A stretch of 64,000 nucleotides of DNA from Selaginella moellendorffii (taxonomy: Eukaryota; Plantae; Lycopodiophyta), in the NCBI RefSeq assembly GCF_000143415.4, contig NW_003314266.1, positions 3,294,398 to 3,358,397 on the forward strand, read 5' to 3'. Shown one piece after another: positions 63,999 to 64,000 of this stretch. The first letter of the stretch is position 1, and each line of letters starts with the position of its first letter. The translations under genes and the position numbers were made by a program. The notes under the pieces were generated by a model. The model worked only from the letters and a program-made list of their open reading frames with translations, did not search any database and was not told where the DNA came from.

Positions 63999-64000
63999 CG

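Overview
Repeat-dense nuclear DNA from a land plant, probably a non-seed vascular plant (45-57 nt introns, a Cassandra element, a self-priming chromovirus-like element; the species cannot be fixed from sequence). Most of the window is nested, decayed Ty3/gypsy LTR retrotransposons, solo LTRs, TRIMs (one Cassandra) and two PIF/Harbinger elements. One host gene sits at the right end: an intronless glutamate-cysteine ligase (GSH1). The standout is an 11.2-kb DNA transposon (9653-20893; 24-bp TIRs, TCTT target duplication). It carries a Sola-like DDD transposase and a divergent, at least 10-exon, ~1,600-codon cargo gene that appears to fuse a ParB/Srx-like domain, a degenerate amino-methyltransferase-like fold and an FCP1/NIF-like HAD domain. 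About 18 copies of a 22-bp palindrome (ATGGCRTG-N6-CAYGCCAT) are spread through this element, several inside its tiny introns, and none were seen outside it. This suggests a parS/ParB-like or VANC-like self-recognition system. A second, different ParB-like pseudogene lies in a 953-bp tandem duplication at 30.6-32.5 kb. All domain calls are by eye; no searches were run.
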